From assembly GCA_963695345.1 (NCBI GenBank), contig OY968769.1:1024001-1088000 (forward strand): DNA of 64,000 nucleotides, in the 5' to 3' direction. The position numbers and the translations under genes were made by a program. The DNA comes from an uncultured Methanomassiliicoccales archaeon (GTDB lineage: Archaea > Thermoplasmatota > Thermoplasmata > Methanomassiliicoccales > UBA472). Positions 32,918 through 43,955 of this stretch are shown one piece after another. Each line of letters begins with the position of its first letter. Position 1 is the first letter of the stretch. The notes under the pieces are model-generated. The model saw only the letters and a list, made by a program, of their open reading frames with translations. It did not search any database and was not told the origin of the DNA.

Positions 32918-33757
32918 ATGTTTGTCACTGCCCTGGTGGACAACTCTCCGGGAACTGATGGTCTCGTGTCCGAGCACGGGCTGTCACTGGGAATATCGCT
33001 ACCGGAAAGGGAGATCCTGTTCGACACCGGTCCCTCATCAGCCTTTGCCAGGAACGCGAACATCCTGTCGTATGACCTGGGCCGGGTCGATCTGGCGGTC
33101 CTGTCGCATGGCCACTATGACCACGGAGGAGGATTGCAGACGTTCTTCGAGGCGAACGCGAGGGCGCCGCTGTATCTGATGCAGAGCGCGGGAGGGGACT
33201 TCCATGCCGAAAGAGATCAGAAAAGCCGCTACATCGGGCTCGACCAGGAAATGTTGGCAAGGAACGCCGACCGGCTTCGGTGGGTAAAGGAATCAATGAG
33301 CCTTGGTCCGGACGTCCACCTGATCACCGCGTTTCCTAATATCTACGATAGGCCCGTGGGCAATTCGGCTCTGAAGGAGAGACGTGAGGGCCTCCTGGTC
33401 CCGGACAATTTCGAGCATGAGCTTATCCTGGTGACCAAGGAAGAGGACGGGATAGCCGTCTTCACCGGCTGCGGCCACTCCGGAGTGCTGAACATGGTAA
33501 GCGCCGCCAGGTCCAGGTTCCCGCAGGAAAGGATCAAGGCGGTGGTGGGGGGATTCCATCTGATATCGGACCCGAAGCGCGGAGACATATCATGCCGGCC
33601 TGAGGATGTCCGCATGATCGGGAGGGAGCTGCTGGACCTCGGATGCGCCAGCGTCTTCGGCGGGCACTGCACCGGCAAGGAGGCGTCAAAACTGCTCAAG
33701 GACGAACTGGGGGACGCCTATCAGGAACTGCGCACCGGCCTGAGGTTCGTCATCTGA
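32918..33757 (+). CDS. MBL-fold metallo-hydrolase
   Basis: EHGLS, FDTG, SHGHYDHGGG, GCGH, GGFH, HCTG. Confidence 0.9.
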   Translation: MFVTALVDNSPGTDGLVSEHGLSLGISLPEREILFDTGPSSAFARNANILSYDLGRVDLAVLSHGHYDHGGGLQTFFEANARAPLYLMQSAGGDFHAERDQKSRYIGLDQEMLARNADRLRWVKESMSLGPDVHLITAFPNIYDRPVGNSALKERREGLLVPDNFEHELILVTKEEDGIAVFTGCGHSGVLNMVSAARSRFPQERIKAVVGGFHLISDPKRGDISCRPEDVRMIGRELLDLGCASVFGGHCTGKEASKLLKDELGDAYQELRTGLRFVI

Positions 33758-33762
33758 GAGTG

Positions 33763-35304
33763 TCACAGCCTCTTCGACATATAGGGACCGGCCCGCTCGT
33801 ACCCCAATGTGGCATAGTACCTTCTCACGCCCACCCCGCTGGTCACCCGAAGTACCTCGTAACCGTGTTCCTTCGCCCTTTGCTCTGCCATGGAGAGCAG
33901 TTCCTTTCCGAAGCCGCGGTGCTGCACCTTGCCGTCCTGCCCGATCTTAGCCATCAGTCCGAACACCTTAAGCTCCCGGACCATGGCTTCGGACCCATCA
34001 CCCCGCCTCAGCCGGACAAAACCGACCAGGCCTTCCTTTTCGGGCAGCTCGAGCGAGATGAACTCCTCGACGCCGCCGGACGCGCGATAGGACTCGGTCC
34101 TCAACTCGACGTCCTTCCTGTCGAAGGCGGTGATGCCCTTGAGACCCACCTCCCGGCATCTGATGCACTGACACTTGCCTCCCTTCGTCCTCAAACGGGC
34201 CTCCGCCAGCTCCCTCAGGTGTCCCTTGTCCACCCCGGCCTCGATAAGCGGAACTGGTATGTCCCGCTGGATCCGCTGTATCCTGGCCCAGCGGGGCACA
34301 AGCCGGAGCATCTCCGAGGCGGTCTCGGTGGCCGCCTCCGTGTCGAGCGGTGAATACTCTCCGTTCACCCACATATCATAGAGCTTGGTCCCTTTCACCA
34401 CCAGGGTAGGATATATCTTCACCATGTCAGGACGGAACCGTTCATCTCCGAACATCGTTCTGAACGATCCCACATCTTTCTCCATGTTCGAACCGGGCAG
34501 ACCGGGCATCACGTGGTAGCAGACCTTGATGCCGGCATCCTTGGCGGCTTTGGTGGCGTCAGTGACGGCGTTGACGGTGTGACCCCGGTTGACCGATGCC
34601 AGGATCGCGTCGTCCAGTATCTGCACCCCAAACTCGACCCGGGTGGTGCCCAGGCGCAGCACGTTCTCGCAGATCTCCGGCGTGAAATGGTCCGGCCGGG
34701 TCTCGACGGTCATCCCGATGCACCGGTGCTCGGACATCTCGTTCCTTTCCTGCGCTTCGGTGAGAGTTTCTGAGACCTCCCCGTTCAGGCCGTCAAAGCA
34801 ACGCTTGACGAACTCGTCCTGATAGGACTTTTCACGCGAGGTGAACGTGCCGCCCATGATGATCAGGTCGACCTTCTCGGTCTCGTGGCCGATGGTCTCC
34901 AGCTGTTCCATGCGCCCCCGGACCTGCCGCTCCGGGTCGAACTCGTAATTGGCACCGCGGAGCGCGGCGGGCTCTTTGCCGGTGTAGGACTGTGGCGAAT
35001 TGTTGTCGACGCCCCCGGGGCAGAAGATGCACTTCCCGTGCGGGCAGGGCGCCGGCGACGTCATGACCGCCACCACCGCCACGCCGCTGAGCGTGCGGAC
35101 TGGTTTCCTTCTCAGGATGTTGATGACCAGCGGATACTCCTCCTCCGACGCCAGCGCCAGCGTCTCGGAGTTGCGCGGCACGGTGGGAAGCGAGTACAGG
35201 CGGCAGAGCTCGATCTTCGCCCTCTGCAGCCCATCCTTGTCGGTGACCTTACCTTCCAGTATCATCCGGAGGAGCTTCTCGTGATATGCGGTGGATTCGC
35301 CCAT
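33763..35304 (-). CDS. elp3: Elp3 tRNA uridine(34) acetyltransferase (radical SAM plus GNAT)
   Basis: KPVRTLSGV, CPHGKCIFCPGG, ETRPD, QHRGFG, SGVGVRRYY. Confidence 0.96.
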   Translation of the reverse strand: MGESTAYHEKLLRMILEGKVTDKDGLQRAKIELCRLYSLPTVPRNSETLALASEEEYPLVINILRRKPVRTLSGVAVVAVMTSPAPCPHGKCIFCPGGVDNNSPQSYTGKEPAALRGANYEFDPERQVRGRMEQLETIGHETEKVDLIIMGGTFTSREKSYQDEFVKRCFDGLNGEVSETLTEAQERNEMSEHRCIGMTVETRPDHFTPEICENVLRLGTTRVEFGVQILDDAILASVNRGHTVNAVTDATKAAKDAGIKVCYHVMPGLPGSNMEKDVGSFRTMFGDERFRPDMVKIYPTLVVKGTKLYDMWVNGEYSPLDTEAATETASEMLRLVPRWARIQRIQRDIPVPLIEAGVDKGHLRELAEARLRTKGGKCQCIRCREVGLKGITAFDRKDVELRTESYRASGGVEEFISLELPEKEGLVGFVRLRRGDGSEAMVRELKVFGLMAKIGQDGKVQHRGFGKELLSMAEQRAKEHGYEVLRVTSGVGVRRYYATLGYERAGPYMSKRL

Positions 35305-35321
35305 GATGGATCTCGTTGCGC

Positions 35322-35603
35322 TCAGTTGTAGAAGATCGAGTCGGGCTGCTTCTTGCGGTCCTCCTCGTGCTTATAATCGAGGACGTCGATTATCAATACC
35401 GCCATGGATGGGACGATCCGCAACATTCCGTCCATCTTCTTGTCCTCGGACTGGAGCTTGATGCAGACACCCGAGTCCTGTCCGAACTGGGTATAGCCTA
35501 TGAACTCACCTACGGAGACTATCTGCTCGTCCTTCCCGCCTTTGCTGATGATCCGGTACTTGCTTCCCTTGGTCAATTTGCTTGGATACTTCTCATCTTC
35601 CAT
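35322..35603 (-). CDS. Hypothetical protein
   Basis: MEDEKYPSKL.. segment of ORF 35322..35864, in operon position between the HTH gene and elp3. Confidence 0.65.
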   Translation of the reverse strand: MEDEKYPSKLTKGSKYRIISKGGKDEQIVSVGEFIGYTQFGQDSGVCIKLQSEDKKMDGMLRIVPSMAVLIIDVLDYKHEEDRKKQPDSIFYN

Positions 35604-35608
35604 GTTGG

Positions 35609-36058
35609 TCACTCCCGGTTGGCAAGGTCCTGCATGTGGTCCACGGTCTGGCGGTAGTTCTTCATGGCCATCTCCACGTTGGCCTCGGTGAAGGACCATG
35701 CTTTCGACAGGTCGCCATAGCGGACCCGATAGCCCTTCTTCTTTCCGCCATCCCGCTCCGCATCGACCTCCTCGAGGATGTCCATCGACTTGAGCTTGTT
35801 GAGGTGACGGTAGATGGTCGGCTTGGTGGTCCTCAGCTCGACCGCCATCTCCTCCACCAGCCATATCCTTTTCATGTTTCTCAGGAAGCAGTCGGTGAAC
35901 ATCTTGTACGGGACGCTGTCCTGCACATTGGAGACCTCTGTCTTCGGGTCATAGCCTTTCGGAATGTAACCGATCTGCTGCAGGAACTGCAATGCTACCT
36001 CGTCAAGGTCCCTGATGGGCGTCAGCGGTGTGTTGCTGACGATGCTGAGCTCGAACAT
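35609..36058 (-). CDS. Winged-HTH transcriptional regulator
   Basis: VEEMAVELRTTKPTIYRHLNKL. Confidence 0.8.
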   Translation of the reverse strand: MFELSIVSNTPLTPIRDLDEVALQFLQQIGYIPKGYDPKTEVSNVQDSVPYKMFTDCFLRNMKRIWLVEEMAVELRTTKPTIYRHLNKLKSMDILEEVDAERDGGKKKGYRVRYGDLSKAWSFTEANVEMAMKNYRQTVDHMQDLANRE

Positions 36059-36297
36059 AACAATCGGACCGCCATGAGGAGCAAATGATATAGTCTTTAC
36101 TAATTTAGCTAAGGACTAATCTAAAATAGCCATGAACTTCACAATAGATGTCGAGGGGGCCGGAAAAAATTGCCTACCATTTTTTTCATACATTCGTATC
36201 AGGTTGGTATAAAATTATCACGATTGGGTTAGATTTTCCCTAAATATGCACAATCACTATATATCATTTTGATTTTAGTTGCAGATAGGTAATATTA

Positions 36298-37431
36298 ATG
36301 AACAAGAAAATTGCGATATTGGCCCTTGTTGTGGTGGCCGTTCTCCTCGTCGGGGGGATAGCTTTGTCCGGAGTGCTGAACCCAAGTTCCACGAAAGGTA
36401 CGATCAGATATACGGACGTAGCCCCTGTCAATCAGCAGGCCTATATCCAACAGGGTCTGATCGATGGTGGAGTTAGCTGGGAACCGTATGTGTCTGACTC
36501 AATATCGAACGGGACCGGGCATGCCCTGGTGACATCGCATGATCTATGGCCCAACCACCCCTGTTGCGTGGTGGCATCCTCGACCTCTTTCCTGCAGGCT
36601 AACGGCCTGACCGTTCTTAAGGTCCTCAAGGCGCACATCGAGGCCAATCAATGGATAGCCGATACGCTGGCGAAAAAGGACACCCCGGCCGGGGCCTCAA
36701 ACTACACCCTGCTTCTGAACATCGGAGCCCAGTTCAGCGCCCGCAACACGACCGTTGTGGAAATGTCCCTGCAGAACATGGTCCTCACCTACAACCTGAC
36801 CGCCCAGACCGTCTCATATCTGAAGACCTTCACCCAAGCCTACATCGACTCTGGCCTGATATTGAACAACACCTTGAGCCAGAGAGGGTTCGCTAACATC
36901 GACGCCTTCCTTGCCGCATTCGTCAACACCACCGCCCTGACCGAGGCCGATGCGCTGGCCCCGGTGGATCCCAGCGCGGAGCTCACCGAGGTATCGATCG
37001 GATACCTGCTGGGAGACCTGCACCAATTCGCCAGGGTAGTGGCTGAGAACAAGACCGTCGGCAGCCTGATGGGTCTGGGAGACCGGAGCCTATTCGCGGC
37101 CTATGGCATAAAGACCGTCAGCCCATCTGGCATGCCGAGCGCCGGATATGCGAATGGCGGCGCGGTCATGACCGCATTCAGCCAGGGAGTTGTTGATATC
37201 GCGTACCTGGGTGCTCCGCCAACGATCCTGAACCGCCTGAACCTGAACGTCGGTGTCACGGTCATGGCATTGGCCAACACCGAGGGATCGGCCCTGGTGG
37301 TCAAGAACTCGGTCACGGACATCAACCATCTTGACGGACTCTTGATCGGTGAACCCGGCCCGTCATCGATCCAGTATCTGATGCTCCTGGAGATCGCAAA
37401 ACAGCATGGATACACAATAGTCAAGAACTGA
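36298..37431 (+). CDS. NitT/TauT-family ABC substrate-binding protein (apparently circularly permuted)
   Basis: WEP, WPNHPCCVV, IGYLLGDLHQ, AYLGAPP, NTEGSALVV. Confidence 0.85.
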   Translation: MNKKIAILALVVVAVLLVGGIALSGVLNPSSTKGTIRYTDVAPVNQQAYIQQGLIDGGVSWEPYVSDSISNGTGHALVTSHDLWPNHPCCVVASSTSFLQANGLTVLKVLKAHIEANQWIADTLAKKDTPAGASNYTLLLNIGAQFSARNTTVVEMSLQNMVLTYNLTAQTVSYLKTFTQAYIDSGLILNNTLSQRGFANIDAFLAAFVNTTALTEADALAPVDPSAELTEVSIGYLLGDLHQFARVVAENKTVGSLMGLGDRSLFAAYGIKTVSPSGMPSAGYANGGAVMTAFSQGVVDIAYLGAPPTILNRLNLNVGVTVMALANTEGSALVVKNSVTDINHLDGLLIGEPGPSSIQYLMLLEIAKQHGYTIVKN

Positions 37432-37483
37432 AACCCTTCAGCAAACCTTTTTATTTTTCAAGCTTGCTGGAGTGTGCCATCGG

Positions 37484-38308
37484 ATGTCAGCTATGTCTGG
37501 AATGTTGTTGGGCTCCAAAGCCTATCTGAACAAAGGGAACCTGCTCAAATATTCCTTGATGGCAAGCTCTATCCCTCTCTTCATCGCGTTTTGGTGGCTG
37601 CTTTCGCTTTACTTGTATGGTCAGAATTTCTTCTACCTCCCGACACCAAATGAGGTCCTGACCGCGTGGCTGACATCGGTCAACCGGGATCCGGCGACCG
37701 GGCTGCCTCTCCTTACAAATGTGCTCTCGAGCCTTACCCGGTTCTTCAGCGGCTTCTTCCTGGCATTCGCCATCGCGGTACCGCTGGGCCTGCTGATCGG
37801 CTACTCGAGCCTGGTGGAAGCGTTCTCAAAGCCGGTCATCGAGATACTCAGACCGATCGCTCCGATCGCCTGGGTGCCGTTCTTGCTGGTCTCATTGGGA
37901 TTTTTCTGGGGACCGGTCATAACGATATTCATTGGTGTGATATTCCCCATACTGTCCAATGTCGTCTTCGGGGTCAGGAGCGTGGACCCGCTGCTGCTTG
38001 ACGTCGCCAAGACCCAGGGGGCCTCCGAGACCCAGATATTCACCAAGATCTATCTCCCCTCATCCGTTCCGTTCATCATGACCGGGGTGAAGGTGGGAGT
38101 AGGCGTAGGTTGGATGTGCATAGTCGCCGCGGAATTCCAGTCCGCCAAGGGCGGAGGGGTGGGTTCGATAATCGTCTCCGGCATGGGCATAGGAAGGCCG
38201 GACATCACGTTTGCGGGAATGCTAACCATAGCGATACTGGGGATCCTGACCCTATGGGGTACCAATTTGATCGAAAGGGGGGTGCTGAAATGGATGGGAA
38301 TGAAATAG
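37484..38308 (+). CDS. NitT/TauT ABC permease (start approximate)
   Basis: LRPIAPIAWVP, GWMCIVAAE. Confidence 0.9.
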   Translation: MSAMSGMLLGSKAYLNKGNLLKYSLMASSIPLFIAFWWLLSLYLYGQNFFYLPTPNEVLTAWLTSVNRDPATGLPLLTNVLSSLTRFFSGFFLAFAIAVPLGLLIGYSSLVEAFSKPVIEILRPIAPIAWVPFLLVSLGFFWGPVITIFIGVIFPILSNVVFGVRSVDPLLLDVAKTQGASETQIFTKIYLPSSVPFIMTGVKVGVGVGWMCIVAAEFQSAKGGGVGSIIVSGMGIGRPDITFAGMLTIAILGILTLWGTNLIERGVLKWMGMK

Positions 38309-39069
38309 CTCTCTCCATAGAGAAAATGGGGAAGACATTCCCCAAGGAAGGCGGCGAGATGGTGGCATTGGAGGAAACGGACCTCCAGGTCAAGAATGGG
38401 GAGTTCGTATGCATCCTTGGCCCTTCTGGATGCGGAAAGACGACCCTCCTTCGGATCATCGCGGGACTGCAGAGACCCACCACCGGAAGGATCACCATCA
38501 AGGGCAAGGAAATTACCGGACCGGGCTCGGACCGGGGAATGGTGTTCCAAGAGTTCGGGCTGCTGCCCTGGCGGACGGTCAGGAGCAATGTGGAGTTCGG
38601 CCTGGAACTGAAGGGCGTGGAGAGATCGGAAAGGACCAAGGTATCCACCCGGCTCATCGAGATGGTCGGCCTCACTGGATTCGAGGAAGCGCACCCCAAT
38701 GAGCTTTCCGGAGGAATGAAACAGCGTGTCGGCATAGCACGGGCCTTGGCCACCGATCCGGCGATTCTGCTGATGGACGAACCTTTCGGGGCCCTGGACG
38801 CGCAGACCAGGAACCTGATGCAGAAAGAACTGCTCCGTATCTGGAAAGAGACCAAGAAGACCGTTATCTTTGTTACCCATTCGGTCGATGAGGCGGTCTT
38901 CCTAGCGGACCGCATCATCGTGCTGAGCGGTCGGCCAGGGCACATCAAGGATATCTATGATATTCCCTGGGAAAAGCCAAGGGACCGTTCCAGCCCGGAT
39001 TTTGCCAGCCTCCGGAAGTGCATCCTGAACGAACTGGAGCAAGAAGTGATCGGCACCCCGAAGAAATGA
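38290..39069 (+). CDS. NitT/TauT ABC ATP-binding protein
   Basis: GPSGCGKTT, LSGGMKQRV, MDEPFGALD, VTHSVDEA. Confidence 0.93.
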   Translation: MDGNEIALSIEKMGKTFPKEGGEMVALEETDLQVKNGEFVCILGPSGCGKTTLLRIIAGLQRPTTGRITIKGKEITGPGSDRGMVFQEFGLLPWRTVRSNVEFGLELKGVERSERTKVSTRLIEMVGLTGFEEAHPNELSGGMKQRVGIARALATDPAILLMDEPFGALDAQTRNLMQKELLRIWKETKKTVIFVTHSVDEAVFLADRIIVLSGRPGHIKDIYDIPWEKPRDRSSPDFASLRKCILNELEQEVIGTPKK

Positions 39070-39077
39070 CGTTTTGA

Positions 39078-39599
39078 TCAGAGCACCTTTGAGGCGGCGA
39101 CCTCGATCGCCCGCTTCACGCTGTCCCTCGGAATGACCACGCTGACCGGTATGTTCAGGATCTGTTCGATCGTCGGGGCGATGATGGGGGCGCAGACGAT
39201 GGCCAAAGCGCCGTCCCTCTCCGCTTTCACCGCAGCGATGATAGCGTCCTCCATCGTCAATGCCGGATATTCCTTGACCTTGACGTTCCTTTCACCAACC
39301 TGGATTATACGTTCCTCGATCTTCACCAGCACGGTCTTGGTGGCGATGACGGCGATGAACTCCCCTCCGGGATAGGTGTCCATCTTCCGGACCGCCTTGA
39401 TCACCGCCCGAACGGTGCGCAGATTGGGCTCACGCTGCTCCTGCAGGATCTTGTACACGGTGGACGGAGATAGACCGGTCTTGGCGCAGAACTCCGGTAC
39501 GCTGACCTTGAGGTCCTGCTCAAGAATCTTGCGAAGTGCCTCCCGGAAACCCTCCTCGCTCCTGAGGATGCCGCTTACGAGCTCGTCCACCATCGACAT
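39078..39599 (-). CDS. XRE-family HTH transcriptional regulator
   Basis: TGLSPSTVYKI..REPNLRT HTH plus C-terminal alpha/beta domain. Confidence 0.82.
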   Translation of the reverse strand: MSMVDELVSGILRSEEGFREALRKILEQDLKVSVPEFCAKTGLSPSTVYKILQEQREPNLRTVRAVIKAVRKMDTYPGGEFIAVIATKTVLVKIEERIIQVGERNVKVKEYPALTMEDAIIAAVKAERDGALAIVCAPIIAPTIEQILNIPVSVVIPRDSVKRAIEVAASKVL

Positions 39600-39600
39600 C

Positions 39601-40491
39601 TTACTCGGTCTCCTTTCTGATGATGTTCGCTGCGGTGGTGCCGGCCACACATCCCTGCCCGACCGCCTTGGCCAATTGCCACGGAAGCCCGGTCACGTCC
39701 CCGCAGGCCAGGACGTTTGACTGCTCGGTCTTGCAGTCGGCATCGACCTTGATGAAACCCTTTTCGTCAGGAACAATACCTACATCCATTGCCAGATCGG
39801 CGGAGCCCCTCGCCCCAAGTTCAATGAAGACCCCGTTGACATCCAGTTTACGACCATCCTTGAGTTCCAGGGCGGTGACCACATCGGTGCCCAGGATCTT
39901 CGCCGGCCAGGCCGGGATCAGGACCTCGATGTCGCTGGCCTTCACCTTGGCATTCAGTTCATCGGAGGCCTTGTTCTCCTTGGCCACCCAATAGACCTTC
40001 GAGGCGTATTCTTTGAGGAGCAATGCACCAGCTGCCGCCATGCTTCCCTCCCCGACGACCGCCACGGTCTTCTTCTTGAAGAAATGGCAGTCGCACGCGG
40101 CGCAATAGCTGACGCCCAGACCATGGTACTCCTTCTCTCCCTCGACGTTGAGCTTGACCCGAGAAATACCAGGGGCCAGGATGATGATCTTTGCTCGCAC
40201 CTTGTTCATCTTGTCGGTGTCCATGACGAACCAATCATCCTCTCTGTTCAGGTCCATCACGTCCTCAGTCATGACGGCCGCCCCAAAATGTATAGCCTGC
40301 TCGACTCCCGTGGCCAGGAGCTCCTTTCCCTCGGCGGTAACGATGCCAAAGCAATTCTCCACCTTCGCCTTGCTCAAGGCGCTGTTCTCGCCTTTCCCTA
40401 GGACCACTACCTTGACCTTCTTCCTGGCGGCGTGAATGGCCGCCTGAAGTCCAGCGGGACCACATCCGATAATGGCAACGTCGAAATCCAT
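39601..40491 (-). CDS. trxB: Thioredoxin reductase-like FAD oxidoreductase
   Basis: IIGCGPAG, GVSYCAACD, ACGDVTG, AVGQG. Confidence 0.82.
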   Translation of the reverse strand: MDFDVAIIGCGPAGLQAAIHAARKKVKVVVLGKGENSALSKAKVENCFGIVTAEGKELLATGVEQAIHFGAAVMTEDVMDLNREDDWFVMDTDKMNKVRAKIIILAPGISRVKLNVEGEKEYHGLGVSYCAACDCHFFKKKTVAVVGEGSMAAAGALLLKEYASKVYWVAKENKASDELNAKVKASDIEVLIPAWPAKILGTDVVTALELKDGRKLDVNGVFIELGARGSADLAMDVGIVPDEKGFIKVDADCKTEQSNVLACGDVTGLPWQLAKAVGQGCVAGTTAANIIRKETE

Positions 40492-40906
40492 TTTCTAACC
40501 CGATTATTGATGGATTAGACTATATAACCATTTTCCGTCAGGGTGATACTTATCGCGTTAAGGAATTCCAGTTGCTCTTGAATTCCATCTCAGATGTCCC
40601 CTGTCAGATAGGCCCTAGCGGACGGCGGTGGCAAGGCAAGTGGCTTCCAGATAATGATCAAAATATGTGTGCCGGGACGGCCTTCACAGCCCTCATGAAG
40701 CGCCTGAAACGCTTGTTCGCTGCAAAGCGGCTGAACCGAAACGCTTCTACCCGACGAAATGAAAATCTGGCTTGATGCTTCATTCCAGAATAATCAGGTT
40801 TGTCTTCCGGGACAGGCGATCAGAGCGATGCCCTTTTGAAAATATTCTCCAGAAGAGTCGGATGGCGGCCGGTCGGCCAACTGTCAACCGGCCGGGGGAT
40901 CGTCGA

Positions 40907-41344
40907 TTAAAGGTGTTTGGCGAACTTGGCCCTCATGAAGTCCTTGTTGCCGGCCCCAACGATCCTATCGACCATCTCGCCGTTCTTGAAGACGAGAAGG
41001 GTCGGAATCGCAGAGATGTTGAACCTCATCGGGATGTTCTCGTTCTCATCGGTGTTCAGTTTGCCGAACACAATCTTGCCCTCGAACTCCTTGGCAAGCT
41101 CGTCGATGATCGGACCCAGGCTGCGGCACGGCCCGCACCAGGGAGCCCAGCAATCTATGATCACTATCTTGTTGGCCTTTACGAAATCGTCGAACGTGCT
41201 ATCCTTGACCTCAGTTGCGGATGACATCTTCTCAACTCCTTTCTTGTTAGATGACTCATGCTTCAGCGATTCAAGCTTTTTCCTTCGGATGGCCTCAAGC
41301 TCTTCCAATTCATTCAAATCGTCAGACCCCGTCCGGTTGTGCAT
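40907..41344 (-). CDS. trxA: Thioredoxin
   Basis: WAPWCGPC, IPTLLVFKNG. Confidence 0.93.
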   Translation of the reverse strand: MHNRTGSDDLNELEELEAIRRKKLESLKHESSNKKGVEKMSSATEVKDSTFDDFVKANKIVIIDCWAPWCGPCRSLGPIIDELAKEFEGKIVFGKLNTDENENIPMRFNISAIPTLLVFKNGEMVDRIVGAGNKDFMRAKFAKHL

Positions 41345-41563
41345 GAACAGTACATAACCGTATTCCTCTCATTGGGATAAATACCTTTTCTCGGAACTTT
41401 CCGACAAGCATATTTGATGCTGGCACTTGAGGTAGCTATCGCAGGCAGTACTATTTAATAAATCTCGGGTGCGACAATTCCTCTGGCAATAATCATGTCA
41501 TTGTATGACTGGGTCCAATAAGCCTTAAAAGGGTGATTGTCGTTATGCATCTTGGGATCGGCG

Positions 41564-41845
41564 ATGCTTGAGGAAGCTACAGAGCTCATCGGATTGCAGG
41601 TGTATACACCAAATGGCATTTTCTTGGGGAACGTCAACAACCTGGTAATCGACCTGGAAAACAAGAAGGTCGACGGGCTCTTCATTAATGAGACCAACCC
41701 GTTATTGGTTGAGGACTCGAAGGCAGTCAATGTACCATACCGCTGGATCCAGTCGGTAGGGGACGTCGTCATACTGAAGTACTTCCCGAAGCGCGTCACG
41801 GCTCGCAAGCCGGCGGCGAAGCCAGCGGCTCCAGCCCAAGAGTGA
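41564..41845 (+). CDS. PRC-barrel domain protein
   Basis: ELIGLQVYTPNGIFLGNVNNLVID..VGDVVIL. Confidence 0.88.
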   Translation: MLEEATELIGLQVYTPNGIFLGNVNNLVIDLENKKVDGLFINETNPLLVEDSKAVNVPYRWIQSVGDVVILKYFPKRVTARKPAAKPAAPAQE

Positions 41846-41885
41846 CCAAAACCTTTTCTAGACTTCATTACTTTTGCGTAGTGGT

Positions 41886-42386
41886 ATGACCGATAGACAC
41901 ATCTATGTCGATCCAACCGCAGTTGTTCTGGGAAATGTCACGTTGGCCGATGGAGTCAGCATCTGGCCCAACGCTGTTCTAAGGGGAGATGCCAACCTTA
42001 TCGAGATTGGAAGAAACAGCAATGTGCAGGACAATGCTGTGATCCATTGCTCCGAGGGGTATCCCACCATAATCGGGAATGACTGCACCATCGGACATTG
42101 CGCGGTGATCAACGGGGCGACCATCGGCGATCTGTGCATCATCGGCATGAACAGCACCATCCTGGACGGAGCGGTGATAGGCGAGGAGTGCATCATCGGC
42201 GCTGGAGCGGTGATCACTGGCAGGACGCTCATCCCGCCGAGATCGGTGGTCATGGGAATCCCGGGCAAGGTCCTCAGGCACAACGACATGACGCTGAGGG
42301 AGAAGGCGCAGAAAAGTTCCGAGAATTACCAGAGACTGAGGGACGAGCACATCACAGGACGCTATAAACGGCACACTTCTTGGTGA
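41886..42386 (+). CDS. Gamma carbonic anhydrase family protein
   Basis: Hexapeptide repeats; AVLRGD, NVQDNAVIH. Confidence 0.9.
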   Translation: MTDRHIYVDPTAVVLGNVTLADGVSIWPNAVLRGDANLIEIGRNSNVQDNAVIHCSEGYPTIIGNDCTIGHCAVINGATIGDLCIIGMNSTILDGAVIGEECIIGAGAVITGRTLIPPRSVVMGIPGKVLRHNDMTLREKAQKSSENYQRLRDEHITGRYKRHTSW

Positions 42387-42933
42387 CCTTTTCCGATATC
42401 TTTGCTTCCGACAGCATGATGTCTATGTCCTCTCCGCACAGAAGAGACAGCTCCTCATGCATGGCCTTCATCCGCAGCGCGGTGGCCAAATAGCCTTTGG
42501 AGTTCAGGTCGTCCAGCGCCTCCTGCAGTGTGGTCACCTTGTCATTGCTGACCAGGTTATCCGAATGACACACGATCTTCTCCTCGATCGTCTCAGGCAT
42601 GTATTCTCCGTCCGGCAGCCCGGCGGCGATCGCCTCATCCTTCGTGAAACCCGCCGCGATATGCCTGGAAATGATACGGACCAGCGGATCCGGGAGATCC
42701 CGCGATCGGGCTATCGCCACTCCCTCGGACACGTGCCTTACCCCGTGGGTACGCGACCGGCCCACGTCGTGAAGGAGCGACCCGGCGTTGACCAGTTCCT
42801 TGTCCGCCCTTGTCCTCGAGACGATGATCATGGCGACGGCATTGACCGTGCACACATGACGAATGACCTTTGGTGAGCAGCCTTCTTCCTTCAGGATCTC
42901 GAAGCACTGGCGCTCACTCGGCAGGGTTGACAA
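42352..42933 (-). CDS. HD-domain protein
   Basis: [19 protein letters not shown]. Confidence 0.88.
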   Translation of the reverse strand: MSTLPSERQCFEILKEEGCSPKVIRHVCTVNAVAMIIVSRTRADKELVNAGSLLHDVGRSRTHGVRHVSEGVAIARSRDLPDPLVRIISRHIAAGFTKDEAIAAGLPDGEYMPETIEEKIVCHSDNLVSNDKVTTLQEALDDLNSKGYLATALRMKAMHEELSLLCGEDIDIMLSEAKISEKVTKKCAVYSVL

Positions 42934-43444
42934 CCCGCTTCCCCCTCTCGCAGGGCAGAACCTTGATCTTGCCCCCCTCGAACTCCTTAGAGAACTCCTT
43001 CCCCAGTGCCAAGCGATCCAGCAATATGGCCAGCGCGGCTACCTCCGAATGGGGCTGGTTCCCGACCGATATGTTGAAATCGGCGGCCTGGTAGACCTCG
43101 GGGGGCACCTTTTCCGCGCCCACCACGATCAGCAGATCATAGTCCAAGGGCAGCATCCTGGGGACCACCTCGTCCACCTGGAGGCCGTACATTGTCAGAT
43201 GGGCGATCTTGCCCCTTGATTTGAACGATGACAGGAACTTGCGCCAGTTGACACCGCTCTCGATGGAGAAATCGCCACCGAAGCGCTTGACAACGTCGTT
43301 CACGCTTTCCTCGAGGGATGCGTCCTTGGTGCCTACCTTGATCCCCTGGGCCCCGAAAGCCCGTGCCGTCAACGCTACGTGGGTGGTGATGCGCTTATCC
43401 CGCTCCGGACGGTGGCCCAGACGGAGGACCCATATCTCTCCCAT
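42914..43444 (-). CDS. trm56: tRNA (cytidine(56)-2'-O)-methyltransferase
   Basis: [41 protein letters not shown]. Confidence 0.96.
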   Translation of the reverse strand: MGEIWVLRLGHRPERDKRITTHVALTARAFGAQGIKVGTKDASLEESVNDVVKRFGGDFSIESGVNWRKFLSSFKSRGKIAHLTMYGLQVDEVVPRMLPLDYDLLIVVGAEKVPPEVYQAADFNISVGNQPHSEVAALAILLDRLALGKEFSKEFEGGKIKVLPCERGKRVVNPAE

Positions 43445-43454
43445 GAGATCCAGC

Positions 43455-43955
43455 TCACGCGTCCTTGACGAGTTCCAACCGGTGACCGCGATAGTCAAGG
43501 CGGACCGATCTCTTCACCAGGCTCTTCAGCATGGTGGAAGTGATGCCCAGTGCCTCTGCGACATCCCCAGCGAACTTGCCTTCCTTCCCTACCTGGCCCA
43601 ATATCTTGGTCTCTATGGTCTCGAACTCCTCCTCAGGCATCATGGCCACGGAAAGAACGTCCGATATCTCATAGACCGGCCAGGAAGCGTTGATGTGGAA
43701 CTGATTATAGTATGTGTGATAGGCCTTTTCCGGACGGTTCCCGCCCGAAGGCTGCCAACGCGTTTCCACGAGTTTCATCTTTTCGAAAAACTTCAGCGCC
43801 TCTTTGCCATCGGCGCCATACTTGTCCTCTATTTCCTTGGCGGTCCGCCATTCCATGGTGACCTCCTTGAGGACCTCCCTTTTTATTGGGGTATCAACAG
43901 CCCTCAACATCGGAACCAGTTCCGAGGGCTCATTGATGACCTTAATCTTATTCAT
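43455..43955 (-). CDS. ArsR-like winged-helix protein
   Basis: [24 protein letters not shown] pattern of archaeal HTH proteins. Confidence 0.75.
   Translation of the reverse strand: MNKIKVINEPSELVPMLRAVDTPIKREVLKEVTMEWRTAKEIEDKYGADGKEALKFFEKMKLVETRWQPSGGNRPEKAYHTYYNQFHINASWPVYEISDVLSVAMMPEEEFETIETKILGQVGKEGKFAGDVAEALGITSTMLKSLVKRSVRLDYRGHRLELVKDA

Noticed and set aside
40500-40900. 400-nt spacer between trxB and trxA as an sRNA or small gene
   Set aside because: No convincing ORF, C/D box pair or structure found by eye.
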